NCBI RefSeq assembly: GCF_006345805.1
Contig: NW_021832231.1
Coordinates: forward strand, 682,001 to 746,000
Reading direction: 5' to 3'
DNA from: Octopus sinensis
Lineage: Eukaryota
DNA: 64,000 nt
Positions 1 through 13,503 of the stretch are shown here, in pieces. Below the pieces are notes generated by a model. The model did not search any database. It saw only the letters and a program-made list of their open reading frames with translations, and was not told the origin of the DNA. How positions within the stretch are numbered: the first letter of the stretch is position 1; every line of letters begins with the position of its first letter. The translations under genes were made by a program, and so were the position numbers.

Positions 1-305
1 AAGAAAATTGTCGAATTGGTTTGTGCAATGGCAGCCTCGTCAGACAAGAACGAGTCATTGGTTAATTTGGCTTATCTATTTCTCAGAGAAATGGCATTTT
101 AGATCAGTTTAAGACTGTTTTGATGGTTGTCAAGTCGATGAGGTTGCTCTGTCGTCAGGAATCGGGTTCCGAATTGTTGGTCGAGACTGTGGAACGACTG
201 AGGCAACTTGCACCTGAGTTGGTGGGAGAGTTGACCGAGAAAGATGAGCCCAAGGAAGACCCTAAGGAAGAGTGTGTTCTATATCCTCCACTCCCAATTA
301 TATAA
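1..305 (+). CDS. 3' end of an unidentified spliced gene (partial)
   Basis: Frame 1-60 (KKIVELVCAMAASSDKNESL), then a 26-nt GT-AG intron at 61-86, then a continuous frame 87-305 that includes ORF 120..305 and ends at TAA. No family recognised. Confidence 0.55.
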
Positions 306-419
306 ACAATTTAACATATATTTATGTAATAAATATTGTACTCATAATGTCCTATTTATATTGAATACAGCGGCGTTACAGCAACTCTAGTCAGTTTGAA
401 AATGCGATAATTATCACTC

Positions 420-1855
420 CAATTTGCGCACGCTGTTGTTGTGGTGACCTTTTCTGTTTATTTGTTATTCAATTATCTGTTGTTTCTATGTAATATTTCT
501 GATCTATCTAATCCTTTCCTATCCATCTAATCTTTCTCTGTCTATTTCTTTCTATCCATTATTCGTTCTGTTCTCATTCTTTTATTTCCTTCATCTCATC
601 CCAATTTTAATCCCGTTTCCCCCTGCTCAATCTGCAACATGGTTAACAAAAGAAAGAAGGGCCGTCCCTGCTCATCGTGTTCTCTGTTCTTTCATCTTTC
701 TTGTGTCTTTCTTTCCCGCCGCACTTCGGAACGTATTCCAGCTTGGGTCTGTCCCGCTTGTCTTTCCGGCACTCCATTACTTTCACCCCCATCCGCCATT
801 GCCACTCTCGGCACTCGCTGCTCCGCAGATTCCTTTCCTTTCTCTGACCCTGTATTCGGGACCCATTCTAGCCCTTTTGTTCTCAAATCCATCAAACTCC
901 TCCGCCGCCTCCGGCAAATCCCGTACAGAATCCCAAAAGCTGCTCGTATCCTAGCTGCTTCCTCTTTGTCCACCTCAATTAATGACGCTGGCCTCCGACG
1001 GGCAATCTTATTGGCTTAGGTTGTTCTGCTTTGCCTCTTTCGGCCTCGGCTTTCTCCCATCCAGTAACAAAACCTCCCCCTCGCTTGCTACGACCGTCAA
1101 ACATGAACTGTCCTCGTACGACGGGAACTGTTTTTCTTCTGGCTGGCTCCAGGCCTATCTCGCCAATTCAGAGTCTCCCTTAATCCCCAAATCGGAATGC
1201 ACCTCCGTACGATGACGACTACCTCTACAGAAAAGTTAATTGCAAACTTATGGACGGCGATGTCCGCGGTACTGTCAGGCTTGTCGCCTCGTCGAGTTCC
1301 CTTTTGTCATCGACACCCGCAGTTCTGAAATCTCTCAGAGAAAAACATCCCTCTCAGCCCCACGACTTCAGACCTCAGCCGCCTCCTGCCACTCTCGCTT
1401 TCAATCCCTTCATGGTCTCGGAAGACCTCGTACTGAAAGGAATTTTTCCCCAGGAAGCAGCGGTGGAGTAGACGGCCTGAGGCCTGGTCACCTAAAAGAT
1501 CTGACTTCTCCCACCACCGCCGAAACTGGACGGAAGTTGTTACGCTCAATTACCAACTTGTGCAACCGTTTTATTTCCGGCTCTCTCCCTGACTTTGCAT
1601 GTGGAATTTTCTTTTCCGCCAACCTTACTGCCCTTGGGAAAAAGGACAACGGCGTGAGACTCATTGCCGTTGGGAATATCTTTCGGAGGCTCTCTGCCAA
1701 ACTTCTGTGCCACGCAATTGTCCCCTTTTTGTCTCAGGAGTTTTTCCCCGTCCAACTCGGGGTCGGTGTCCCAAACTGCTGCGAAGGCCGGCTGTTTCGT
1801 GAGGCCATTTATTAGCTTAGATATCTTTTTACTTTTATAAATTAACAAGTTTATT
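420..1855 (+). mobile_element. CRE-clade RLE non-LTR retrotransposon, copy 1, internally deleted
   Basis: Pyrimidine-rich 5' region; C4HC3 PHD at 624-761; PRIPKAARILAA and DGDVRGTVRL segments; pre-RT motifs SSGGVDGLRPGHL and KKDNGVR(L)IAVG. Near 1790 it jumps from LGVGVPNCCE to sequence matching the ORF end and 3' UTR of copy 2. Frameshifted; edges approximate. Confidence 0.85.
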
Positions 1856-1861
1856 TTCCAA

Positions 1862-2593
1862 AAAAAGCAGGCAGACTGTTGACCATCTAGCCACGCGGTG
1901 TGGTAGGATGCTAAACAGTGATTATCTCCGAAGACAAAACGAATGGTAAAGTATATTCATCTCCACTTGTGTCGAATGTATGGAATTAAACGAAGCAGGA
2001 AATTGAAAGGACATTCGGTTGTGTCAATAATGTCGACCCAAAATGTCGAAATCAGAGTTGACACGCCAATTATGACTGAAACGAAAGTCCAATTCAATAA
2101 ACCTGATATTTTCGTTTATGACAAGAGGAAAAGAGAAATTCATTTAATCGAAGTGGGAGTTACCTCGCAAGACCGTTTAAAGCAAGTTGAAGTGGAGAAA
2201 TTTAACAAATACGACCTCTTTGCAAACGAACTGTCAGTTCTCTATGAAGCAAAAGTGAAGATTATTCCAATTGTCTTGACATGGGATGGAGTTGTCTCAA
2301 AGTTCTTTAAAACTCATATGGACAAGTTATCCACTGAAGAAGGAACGAGGACATACATCCAGTCTGTTGTGCTGAAAAGGACGCTAGAGAGTATCTTTAT
2401 CGAGCACAGACATGGGATTAAGGTAGACAACGAGGAGTACGCCTCTGCCGCCAATCAACTTGCAGAGCTGGCATGTCGCGAGGACACTCAGTTGAACAAT
2501 TACTTTGACGCAGAAATGAAAAATGATGAGAATTTTGTTGCAAACTCTTCTTCCAAACGAAGAAGAGAAATCACTGACGATCTGGATTCTTAA
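1862..2593 (+). mobile_element. R4/Dong-like RLE retrotransposon, C-terminal fragment (zinc-knuckle remnant plus PD-(D/E)XK endonuclease)
   Basis: TVDHLATRC...DYLRR upstream of ORF 1943..2593, which contains KPDIFVYDK, IEVGVT, EKFNKY and IIPIVLTWDG, typical restriction-like endonuclease motifs. Confidence 0.8.
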
Positions 2594-2769
2594 ATAATTT
2601 AAGATAGAATTTACATAATTAATTCTTTAAAAAATGGTTGAACTTTGTGAAAGTTCGTAAATAATCAACACTAAAATAGCATGCTAAATACTGAATAAGA
2701 CTCATAAATCTTTTTGAATAACCACAAATAATTAACTCATTCTAAAATCCGTCGATTCACATTTTAAAA

Positions 2770-3830
2770 GTAATCTGCTTATTTCAGTAGCTAGGCTATT
2801 TAAATTCCTTGTCACCAGTACTTTTTGTGACAAATCTGGAAGCGCTCAGAAACTTCAGACTTATATATCCAGCAACGAGAAAACATTAAACCATATATGG
2901 ACAAAGATGCCAGATGTGTTGGAAAAATGGTTCATCCAAATTAATGTCGCGAAGACAGTGCCGACAAAATACGCCGAGAATTAACTCAAATTGATGAAAA
3001 TTGGAGATATTGTAAAAAAATGGGGTCGCTGCTTGGAGATCCTGTAGATATCATTAACAACAAATTGGCCGTCGCGGCCTTCAAAAAAATGGGAGCAGTC
3101 TGGGTTCATCGTAAACAAATCAGCACACAATTACATGTAAGACTATACGATGCCTTTGTAAAACGTACAATGCTGTAACTTGGGAAGTCTCGCAAGCCTT
3201 AATCATTAAGGCTTAATGGATAAACTAGAGTCCTTCTATTGTAAACCACTCCGTCTGTTGTTTGGCATCAACTGGTCAAAGAAAATAGCAAACGAGCATA
3301 TATACAAAATATTTGATACAAGACTACTGAGCCTGGTGGATATCACCGAATCAAGATGCGTCAATTTGGTCAAACCCTTTGATGGATCAGATGACACCTG
3401 GCAACATAGCAATGGAGAACTATTTCTGGCGAAAACTGAACAACTCAATCGTGAGGACCTCACTTACGTGTGCCAGAGGTGCTACCTGACCAATGTAAGA
3501 CAAAAGCTGAAAACGGGTGATAATTTGGATATGCTCAGAGAAATTTCAAAAAACCGTGGATCTTAGAGGATGTTAGTTAAAAGATTTGGGGAAGAAAGAA
3601 TAACCTCAAGTAAAGTACGACACAAACTGGACCTCAATTAAATAAATCACTTTTTTGCTCTTCCAAAATGCTAGTAATAATAAACTCCATTTTAAACTAA
3701 AAAGAAACATACTTACCCAGATTAAAAAAAATGTCTAACTTTTATGTGATTTCAAAGAGATTAATGAACAATATAAAAACACCACTTTAATGATCCATAT
3801 TAAATTCACTTTTTGACGTCAAGGAGGCAT
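2770..3830 (+). mobile_element. RTE-like LINE 3' remnant
   Basis: Degenerate RT-thumb/C-terminal sequence (AAFKKM; LRLLFGINWSKKIANEHIY in ORF 3216..3566). About 400 bp of the 3' end is shared with 46400-46765. Confidence 0.65.
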
Positions 3831-4788
3831 GTTATGTGACATGGGCAACCTTTTACATTTCCGCAAAGTTATCTGACATAATAAGTGGAGTGATTTGTCA
3901 ATCTTTTAGGCTTTTAAAATTTAAATCTCCGATATAAATGCATAATACACCTCATAATGCCATCTAGTGTAACTGAATGCATATTTTACGTCGCTTTGCA
4001 TCGTTTTAGTCAAAAATTTAAAATGCGAAAAGGTTCAAGCTTTGAGTGAAACCTTTTCTTTTTCCTATTCATCAAAAATAACTCTATTTCCAAGTATGCT
4101 TGTTTCATATTTAAAATACAAAAAAGCATTATTGTGGCCATATATGTTTTTTTTGTTTGGTCCATAAAATTGCTTCTTTCTTCAAAGAGATTATTTAATT
4201 AATTCAAATCAAACTGTCAAATTTTGAAAATCACATAATTAATTATTGATTCATTGGAATTTTGTTCTTCCGATTAAATATTTTTTAACAACAGCACGTC
4301 AGCGAAGCCAGAAGCACGTAAGTACTTAAGGTTTCACTTGTGACAATCACACAATTTTTTTCAAGAGCAAGAGAGAGAACAACAGAAAAATGAATAAGTT
4401 AGTTATTTTAATTAATTTTAAATGTGAGACATTAATGATTTTTCTAGTTTTTGCTTAATTGTGTGAATTATTTATATTAATCACAAAAATAACAAAATTT
4501 AACTAAGGCTACACTATTTAATTAAGGTTTTCACTCCATATTGTTGGAAATCGTTCTATTCTTTTTAAGAGAATTTGCTGCTAGTCCCTCGCTTTCCTCG
4601 CTCTCTATGTCTCCGCCGAGCAAAGTTGTCTTCCACATAAATATTCTTTATCTTTTAAATATTTTTAATTTTCTTGGCAGTTGGCTGGAAATTAGATTTT
4701 TGGGTTATTTAAAAGAAACTTTATTTTAATATATTTATTTTAACGCTAACTCCAAAAAAGTTAATTGCAAAGGTTTTATTAATAAATT

Positions 4789-7700
4789 TGAGAATAATCA
4801 CAAATAATAATCACAAATAATTTAATTTGAGAATAATCCATTTGTTTGCACGTTGTTGCACGTTGTTGTTGTTGTTCATTTCTTTCTTTTCATTTGTTCA
4901 TTTCTTATTCTATAATCCATTTTTGTAATTGTCATCTATCTAATAATCTCTCTCTTTCCATTTCTCTTTGTCATCCATTTTTTCATTGTTTCTATCTTGC
5001 TCTCTTTCTATGTCTTTCTGTTTCCAACCCACTTCTGTTCTATGCTCTACTTGCGAAGTTAGTAACAACCGCAAGAAAGGGAGAGTCTGTTCTAGTTGCG
5101 ACAGATTCTTCCACCTTTCTTGCGTGCGTCTTTCCAGGCGCGTTTCTGCCTCTCTCTTAATTTGGGACTGTCCTTCCTGCCGCTCTTGCCAGCGGTTCAG
5201 TGTTCCAGCCCGCAAGAACTCCCCGAAAAACCGCCATTCGCAACATCCCCGTCTGCCGAGGAAGTTCTCAAATCTATCAAGCTCTTCCGTCGTCTCCGGA
5301 AAATCCCATCCAGAATCCCAAAAACTGCGCGTATCTTTGCAGCCTCCTCCCTGTCCGCCGCAATCGATAAGGCTTTGCATCTGATGGCCATTCCGATTGG
5401 CTTAAGCTGTTTTGCTTCGCCTCTTTTGGTCTCGGTTTTGCCCCATTAAGAGCCCGTGTGAAAACCTCCTCCATTTCGCTGGCTACAACCGTCAAACAAG
5501 AATTGGCCTTGTACGATAAGAACTCTTTTTCCATCCGCTGGCTGCGGGACCACCTCGCTAGCTCCGAATTTCCCTCTGGTTCACCATCCCATAATGTGTC
5601 CTCTCACGCGAATGACGTCGACTACCTCAACAGAAAGATTAATAGTAAACTCTTGGACGGCGACGTTCGTGGTGCAGTTAGGCTGGTTGCCTCGACAAGT
5701 CCCCTTTTGCCCACGACCCTGCTGTTTTGAATTCCCTCAGGGAAAAACATCCCCCTCAGCCAAACGACTTCAGGCCTCAGCCGCCCTGACACCCTCGCTC
5801 TCAATCCTTTTGCTGTCTCGGAAACTCTTGTACTGAAAGCCCTGAGGGACTTTTCACCTGGAAGCAGTGGTGGTGTAGATGGTCTGAGACCAGGTCATCT
5901 GAAAGACCTGACGTCTCCCACTACCGCCGACGAGCTGGTCGAAAACTCCTACGCTCAATTACCAACCTGTGCAACCGCTTCATCTCCGGTTCCCTCCCGA
6001 TTTTGCTCGTGATATTTTCTTTTCCGCCAACCTTACTGCCCTTGGGAAAAAGGACAACGGCGTGAGACCCATTGCCGTTGGGAATATCTTTCGGAGGCTC
6101 TCTGCCAAACTTCTGTGCCACGCAATTGTCCCCTTTTTGTCTCAAGTGTTTCTCCCCGCCCAACTCGGGGTCGGTGTCCCAAACGGCTGCGAAGCGGCCG
6201 TTCATTCTCTCCGTGAACTCATCGAATCTTCCCAGTCGGCTATCATGGTCAAACTAGACGTCTCAAACGCTTTCAACTCCATCAGACGTGACCACCTGCT
6301 GGAGTGCTGTCGCGAACTGGTTCCGTTCGCTTATCCCCTTGTACATCTCTCATACGCTTTCCGAGTATCCTCATGTTCGACGATGTTCCCATCTCTTCGG
6401 CCACCGGGGTCCAGCAGGGAGATCCCCTGGGTCCTGTCCTTTTTGCCTTGGGCGTTAACAGTATCGCTCACTCTGTTCGATCCCCAGTTAACATATGGTA
6501 TCTGGATGACGCAACCATTTGCGGTCCCCCCGACGCTGTTTTCGACGACCTTCGTTCTATCCTCCCTTCCCTCTCGGACATCGGCCTATCTATAAACGCC
6601 AATAAATCCGAAATCGTGAACATTGCCTTAAATCCGAGTGACTTCACTGCTTCAATTTCCACGTACCGAGGCATTCTCTCAGACGTCCGGATTACGGACA
6701 AATCAAATCTTACGATTCCCCATGGGGCCTTCTGCCCTCGAATGCTCACTCTCTGGAAAAATTTCCCACTTATCCAAAATGATCGACAAGCTTAAAGTCA
6801 TCGAACCTCATGTGGCTTTTTTCCTCCTCCGAAACACTTCTCCGTCCGTAAAATCCTTTACACCCTAAGATGTGCACCCTGCTTTCAAAGAGGCGACCTT
6901 CTTTCCGACCTTGACAATATCCTCAGGCTCGGTACGAGCTCTCTTTGCAATCTGGCTTTCGACGATCCAGGCTGGATTCAGGCATCCCTGCCTGTGCGCT
7001 GGGGTGGCCTTGGCTTGAGATCCTATTCCGATCTTGCCCTCCCGGCATTCCTATCCGCTCATCACGCTTCTCGTACTCTCTCAGACATCGTTCTTAGAAA
7101 CCTCCCCGAACGGAAATTGTCTGAAGTTTACTCTGCAGCCCGTGGTCGGTGGGAGGCTCGGTTTGGTTCGAAGCTGCCCAACTCTCAATCTGTACAGCGC
7201 CAATGGGACGAAATCTCTTGTCAGGCAATCTTCGAAGGCCTGCTTCCTGTCCCCAATCAACACCGTGTCGCTTGCCTCCGTGCAGGTCGCTGTGAAAGCA
7301 GCGGTGTCTGGTTAAAGGCTCTCCCTCTCCCTTCCATCGGGAACCTGTTGGACAAGGAATGCCTAAGAATTGCAATCTCCCTCCGTGTCGGGCTGAAAAT
7401 CTGCCAGTCGCACAAATGCCGTTGTGGGGGAACTGTTGACGAGTACGGTTTGCATCCCCTCGCTTGCCGGCGGAGTGCCGGTCGTGCCCCCCGTCACAGT
7501 GAACTCAACTCAGTCGTACAGAGAGCCCTCGCCTCAGCAGGCATCCCGTCTATCCTTGAACCTGTTGGATTGGATAGAGGGGATGGCAAACGCCCTGACG
7601 GCATGTCCACCTTCCCTACGAGCAGGGGAAATCCCTTATTTGGGATTCTACCTGCTCGGACACGTTCTCGCTGGGAAATCTCGCGCTGTCCGCCGCCAAT

Positions 7701-8025
7701 CCTGGGCACGCTCCAGGCAGGCCGAGGAGCGAAAGATTCTCAAGTACGGCCACCTGCCCAACTCGCTGCTCTTTACTCCAATTGCCTTGGAGTCCTCCGG
7801 GATCTTCGGTCCCAAGACACTCCGCTTCCTTCGCTCGCTCGGTCGACGGATTTCAAGGACTAGTCACGATCCAAGAGAGTTTTCTTGGCTCCTGGAACGT
7901 CTGTCGATTGCTGTGATCCGAGGGAACGTCTTCGCCATTCGCGCGGCGGCTGGTCGGGTGTCGTGAGGCCTTTAACTAACTTAGCTATCTGTATTTTTGT
8001 CTTGTTTGTATAAATTAAATTTCCA
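4789..8025 (+). mobile_element. CRE-clade RLE non-LTR retrotransposon, copy 2, near full length (PHD-RT-CCHC-RLE), frameshifted
   Basis: PHD at 5043-5180; RT motifs KLDVSNAFNS, GVQQGDPLGP, WYLDD, RWGGLGL; C-terminal CRCG...HPLAC...RHSELN; RLE KRPDG...PIALESSG...LLERLSIAVIRGN; stop at 7964-7966. Possible 14-bp TSD TTTATTAA(T/C)AAATT at 4775-4788 and 8026-8039 with one mismatch. Confidence 0.9.
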
Positions 8026-8745
8026 TTTATTAACAAATTCACCGACATATCAAAGTAAGAATTTTTAAATCTAAATAGACCTGCGATGTTGCTCTTCAAA
8101 TCATAATCAGCATATATTTTTTATTCACACATTTTATGACCAATTTATATAAGCACGGCATGCAGGTTTAAAAGTAAAGTCAAGAGTGTTGCTCTCTTTT
8201 GGATTAAAAATGTGTAAAGACCATTCTCGTGGTTGACTGCCAACATTAATTTCTGATGTCTTGGAAATGTAATCTCTGGAGATCTTCAATATTGGCATGA
8301 ATTTTATTCAATGTTATCAATTACATATTGAAATGAAATTTTAATTCTTGTTTTCTTTTTAAATTCTGTTTTTATTGATTTTTTTGATTAATCTGAATTA
8401 ATAGTTTTTCAAAGATTAAATAAGAATATCGATTTGGCTTCCAGATTTAGAATAAAATTCTCCACCAGCTTCTCCTAGGTTCTCACTTGAGAAGATATTT
8501 TAAACACTACAAAAGAGACGACATCTACTCTCCTGGGTTGGACGAGTCAATAAACCACAAATAAGTAATTAAAACCCCAAAATATGTAAATTAGATTATA
8601 TTGACATTTTATGAATTATTCTGATCTAATGAATGAATAATGAATCATTCAGAATAAAATATTTAATTTAATATCAATTTAAATTGCAAATTTATAATAT
8701 CTACTTTAAATAAATAGATAATTCAAACTACGCTGTTGTAGTGTC

Positions 8746-10126
8746 ATGTCCACTGATGATATACAATGTCCCATTTGCATGGACAACATCGAACTTTTTG
8801 CATACGGCGAATGCAACCACTGCCTCTGCTACACCTGTGCTGCCAGACTACGAGTCCTATGCAACGACAACGCCTGTCCAGTCTGTCGTAACCAGAATGA
8901 CAAGGTTTACATTAATCCAACTCACATAAGCTAATAATCAAAAACGAATGGACAGAATTCAGTACAGTGGATACCTCAAAATATATAAATATCAAAGAAT
9001 CTTCTATATATGCAGAGGACGAGGACGCGTACTACGACTTGTGCGACCTGATCGACCACATGTGCGAGTTCTGTCAACACAGGGCTCGATTTCGGTTCTT
9101 TTCCAACTACGTTGTGCACATGGAGAAGTGCCATGGTCTCTATTACTGTGACCTGTGCACTGATAACTGCAAAGTTTGGTTTTTGTGTGTATTTAAGCTC
9201 TTTACGCACGAGAGGAGGAACTATACTCGGCAGGATTTGGCCAGACACCGGAGTGAGGGCTACGACTGTGCTGAACAGAATATTCCTCTGCATCCGTCGT
9301 GCAAAATATGCCACAAGCGCTTTTTTGACTCAAATGCTCTTTATTCGCATCAAAAATTGGATCACCACTACTGCCCACTATGTCCAGAAACATTTGTTTT
9401 TTTCAGGTTATTAATTTAAATAATTTACAATTTAAATAATTCAATTATAATATATGTATATTAATTAAATATAGAGATTTGCCTGATTTGGATAACCATT
9501 TGGATTCCACTCATTTCGTGTGCCGGATTGATATGTGCTACTACCAGAGACCTTTGAATGCCTTTAGCACTGAAGTGGAGCTGAATCTTCACATTGCATC
9601 ACAGCACTGCTCAGGGGACTGCACACGAAACTACGTCGACTTCATCACAACCCCACCAAATCCTAATTCTGGGGAAAACACAGAAGATCTTAGCGAATTT
9701 GCGTTTTTCTCAGAGCTGAGGGTCGATCCCCTGACTGTGTCTCGAAGGAATATGCCGCGTGGGTTTTGGGCTTCCCGACTTGGCAGAATCCCCAAGAAGA
9801 ATATTTATTCGAATGTTTTCGGCCCAACTCCCCCTCCTCCCCGTCCACGTGTCTCCGCAAATACACCGTCAACGGAAGAAGACGAGAAGGCTCAGTGGCC
9901 AGAAGTGATTAAACCAAAACCTGCCAAAGGTGTATGGGGAAAGCAGCGGACTAATGGGGAAAAGAAGGAGGAAAAGGAGACTGACAGTAATGTTCGGTCT
10001 GTTCTTGGTCTTGATGACGCACCTGCTGAGAGTAGGCCCAGGACGGTGTGGAACCGTGAGGGATACACTGGACCCAAAATATATCCAAAATCTGTTACAC
10101 CGTGGACCCGAAAACCTAAAAATTGA
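8746..10126 (+). CDS. ZNF598: E3 ubiquitin ligase ZNF598/Hel2 (RING plus C2H2 fingers), spliced
   Basis: N-terminal RING CPICM...CNHCLCYTCAARLRVLC...CPVCR; then YYCDLC, RQDLARH, HPSCKICHKRF, HQKLDHHYCPLC, HLDSTHFVC. Introns include 8905-8930 (26 nt) and a 24-nt intron near 9173. Confidence 0.88.
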
Positions 10127-10169
10127 TTTGATCTTAATTTAATCTCACTTCAAGCTTTCTTTGTCTCAG

Positions 10170-10830
10170 AATATTTGGCTTGTATTATTAGAATCACTTG
10201 TCTTTAAAGCATTTGGACGCCTAAAATGCCTCTTTCAGACACATTATCGGAGGAAATTAAACTTACTTCTATTCAATATCTACATTGCCAACATCCCAAG
10301 ACCAGTCGATTCCAGTAGTCATTTTATGACCTACGCGGACAACATACCAATAACGGATACTTCGTAGAGAAAAGACATCTCGTGGACGAAATTGAAAGAG
10401 TACGTGTCAAGAGTGGGAGAGTGGTGCATATCAAACGTATTGACACCCACAAAAGAAAAGTGCATCGCCACTTGGATTGTGAAATAGGAAGAAAAACGAA
10501 AACCACCGAGAAACCTCCATGGATTTACAGTAACCGAGAACCTAAAATACCTTGAAGTTGAAGTTTTAGTCAAGGGTTCTTACCTCAGATACATCGATTC
10601 GAGGAGGAGGAAATGCGCTCAAATTCTTGGGAGCATAATTCACTTCCACCTTAGCCCAGAAACATTTTTATTTGTTTATAAAACATGTGTAGAACCAGTT
10701 CTTACCTACGGGTTCGAGATATGGTACCCTACTGCTGAAAGGAATGGCTTTATCGCTAAACTCGAAAAGACGATATGCCATAAAATTGGCAAATGGGCTC
10801 AGGCTGGACCAACCCGTCCCTCAGGAGATA
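10170..10830 (+). mobile_element. Degenerate LINE reverse transcriptase remnant
   Basis: LLFNIYIANIP...MTYAD(N) RT motifs, LKYLE segment and IYKTC-EPVLTYG-like C-terminal motif, with stops and frameshifts. Confidence 0.55.
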
Positions 10831-13362
10831 AAAGACCCGGAATTAAACCAAAAAAGAGGGAAACAAAGAAAAGAGGCATATTTTCTCATTAATTGTTTCT
10901 CTCTTTTTTCGGCTTCTCCTTTTAAATAAATAATAATTCATTCAATTTATTCAATTAAACTTACTACTATTTAATGGATGGTTTTTATTAGCTCAATTGG
11001 AGGCTACTGCTGATCAGCACGGACAGTTCCTTCTTCTTTAGCTTCTTCATTCGATTAGTAAACATTCAGATTAAAACTTGCATGATTTCAGTTAATAATT
11101 TATAATTGTGTGTGCGAGCATTATCTATTATAAATAATGAATTTGGAATATTATAATTTTAATTGAAGTTTTTTTTAAGTTTGATCAAACAATGATTAAA
11201 AGTTTCCTCATGTAAGGAAAAATCGAAAATTTCATAAAAATGATTTCATATTTGTTCATTCCCGGAAAACAGGTATGTTTCTGTTTTTTATTTGAGACAC
11301 CGTCAAATAAGACAAATTCCCAGACTTTTCTCTTCCTTTTTTCTCGCACGTACAAACTAAAAATCATACTTTATCGTGAAAAATGATTTCAATTTGTTAA
11401 CGTCGAAAATTATTGATATATTTTTTCATTAGTTTAATAGTAGTACAGTAAAACCTCTCGAATCCGCCGATTTTATGGTCGGCAATTTAAATAATATTTT
11501 ATAGTTGAAACATGAACTTACAAAATAGATTAAATATTTCTTTTTATATACAAATGACTAAATACATAAAATTATTTATATTCAAAAAAATCAGAAATTT
11601 TATGTTTTTTAATTAATTTTCTTAACATTTCCCCAATTCTCATAATATTTTCTTTATCATCTATATCTGCATTTACCTGAGAAGCATAAGTTTTAATAAT
11701 CTCTAGAGCTCTGAAAGATTAACTCTTCTCATTTGATTCCTCCTCAATAATTGTTTCCTAAGTATAATTATTAGATAAAATCACTAACTGATTGAACTTT
11801 TTCTGACTCTAATGTATCAGTTTGTTCGGATTTTTCTAAAAATTCCATTAGCTCTTCATTTTCAGTATATCCATAATCAACAAATTCACTATAAGATATT
11901 GGATCGTCAATTTGAAATTTCTTAATTATTTCTTCATAATTATTTTCGTAGTTCTTAGATTCACTGTTGATTGTGATTGTTTCACATTTTATCCATTGTG
12001 CATGACGGAAATAATTTTTGATGGTCGTAGGATTAACTTTATTCTAAGCGAAGAATGTTAATGTCGCAGCAGTTTTAAGGGTGATTGTATTAATTGCATT
12101 CTGACAATTTTCCCTTGCCTTAACATTTTCGATTATATCGATTATATCATTTATTTTTAAATTGGTTTATAATTCCTTGATCCATTGGTTGCAAGACCGA
12201 GGAAGTTCTAGGAGGCAAAAAACAAATTTTAATATAATTTAACGTGACAATAATTTGATGAGATGGACATTGATCTATTGCAAGTAGAATTTGTCTTTTT
12301 TTCTTCGCAAGTTCACTATCAAAATCACTGAGTCACTTGTTAAAAATTTCACGGTTCATCCATCCCTTATTGCAGTGGTTCTCAAACTTTTTTCCTTGCG
12401 TACCCCTTGCCATCTAAATAATTTTTCGCGTACCCCTTATCGATTTTTAAAAATTAAGGAAAAAAAAATATTTAATTAATGAGATGGATGGTGTTGTTTA
12501 TCAATCACTAATCTATCGATTTCTGGATCCTTTGACGAAAGACACACCCGAATATCATGAACAACATTCAGCCTCGCACGATGAACTGATTTTAAATTAA
12601 ACAACGATGAAAATCCTTGTTCGCAGAGATATGTAGTCGGAAACAAAAGCAAAAAATCGATTATATAAAATCCAATATTGTGATATTTTGATGTCATTTT
12701 ACACCAAATTCAATTAATGGTGCAGATTCAAATAAGATTTTTGACTCGTAAGAATTTATTAATTCAATAACTTCTTCTTGAATATTTGAAGGCAAAACAT
12801 TAACTTTTACGGAAAAAGGATTGACAAAAAAACTTAAGATCTACTTCATTAATTTCAGGTATATATTTTTCAATTTCATTCTTCAATCCAAGTAAATGGG
12901 AAGTTATTTGATGTTTTAAATTTTCTATTTCATTTAATTTTAGATGGAAAATGTTTTCATTCAACTTATCAAACATAGTAAAATTAGAATTTGTTGTATT
13001 ATCTATCACAGTTGGAGCTTCATACGAAAAGACCTACAATATTGCATTATTTCGTAAAAACCTTGTTTTTTCTAAAAAGTAAACAATGGTAACTCCCTTA
13101 GTTTGTACCGATAAATTCAAAGCATTAATTCGCGAAAAAATGTCCGTTAAATAAGATAGCATACACCCCAATACATATTGATAACTTTGATAAATATAAA
13201 TTTTTATTTTCGCGAAGAAAATATTCATAAATTCATTCTTCAAACTGTGCACTCTGGAAAGAACATTTCCTTTGGATAACCATCGAACTTCTGTGTGATA
13301 TAGTAAAACCTTCTCATCTGAACCAAATTCTTCACAAATTGAATAAAAAATTCGCGAATTTA

Positions 13363-13503
<141 letters not shown>

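Noticed and set aside
3709-3717. ATACTTACC, the U1 snRNA 5' motif (also at 46640-46648)
   Set aside because: Both lie in the shared 3' region of an RTE remnant, with no U1 stem-loops or Sm site following.
4940-5391. Minus-strand ORFs over CRE copies (also 692..973 and 54021..55144)
   Set aside because: These are shadow frames of GC-richer retrotransposon coding sequence with no recognisable motifs.
8100-8640. Possible small minus-strand gene upstream of ZNF598 (and a 37-codon frame near 4530-4640)
   Set aside because: No consistent exon chain or recognisable protein could be assembled.
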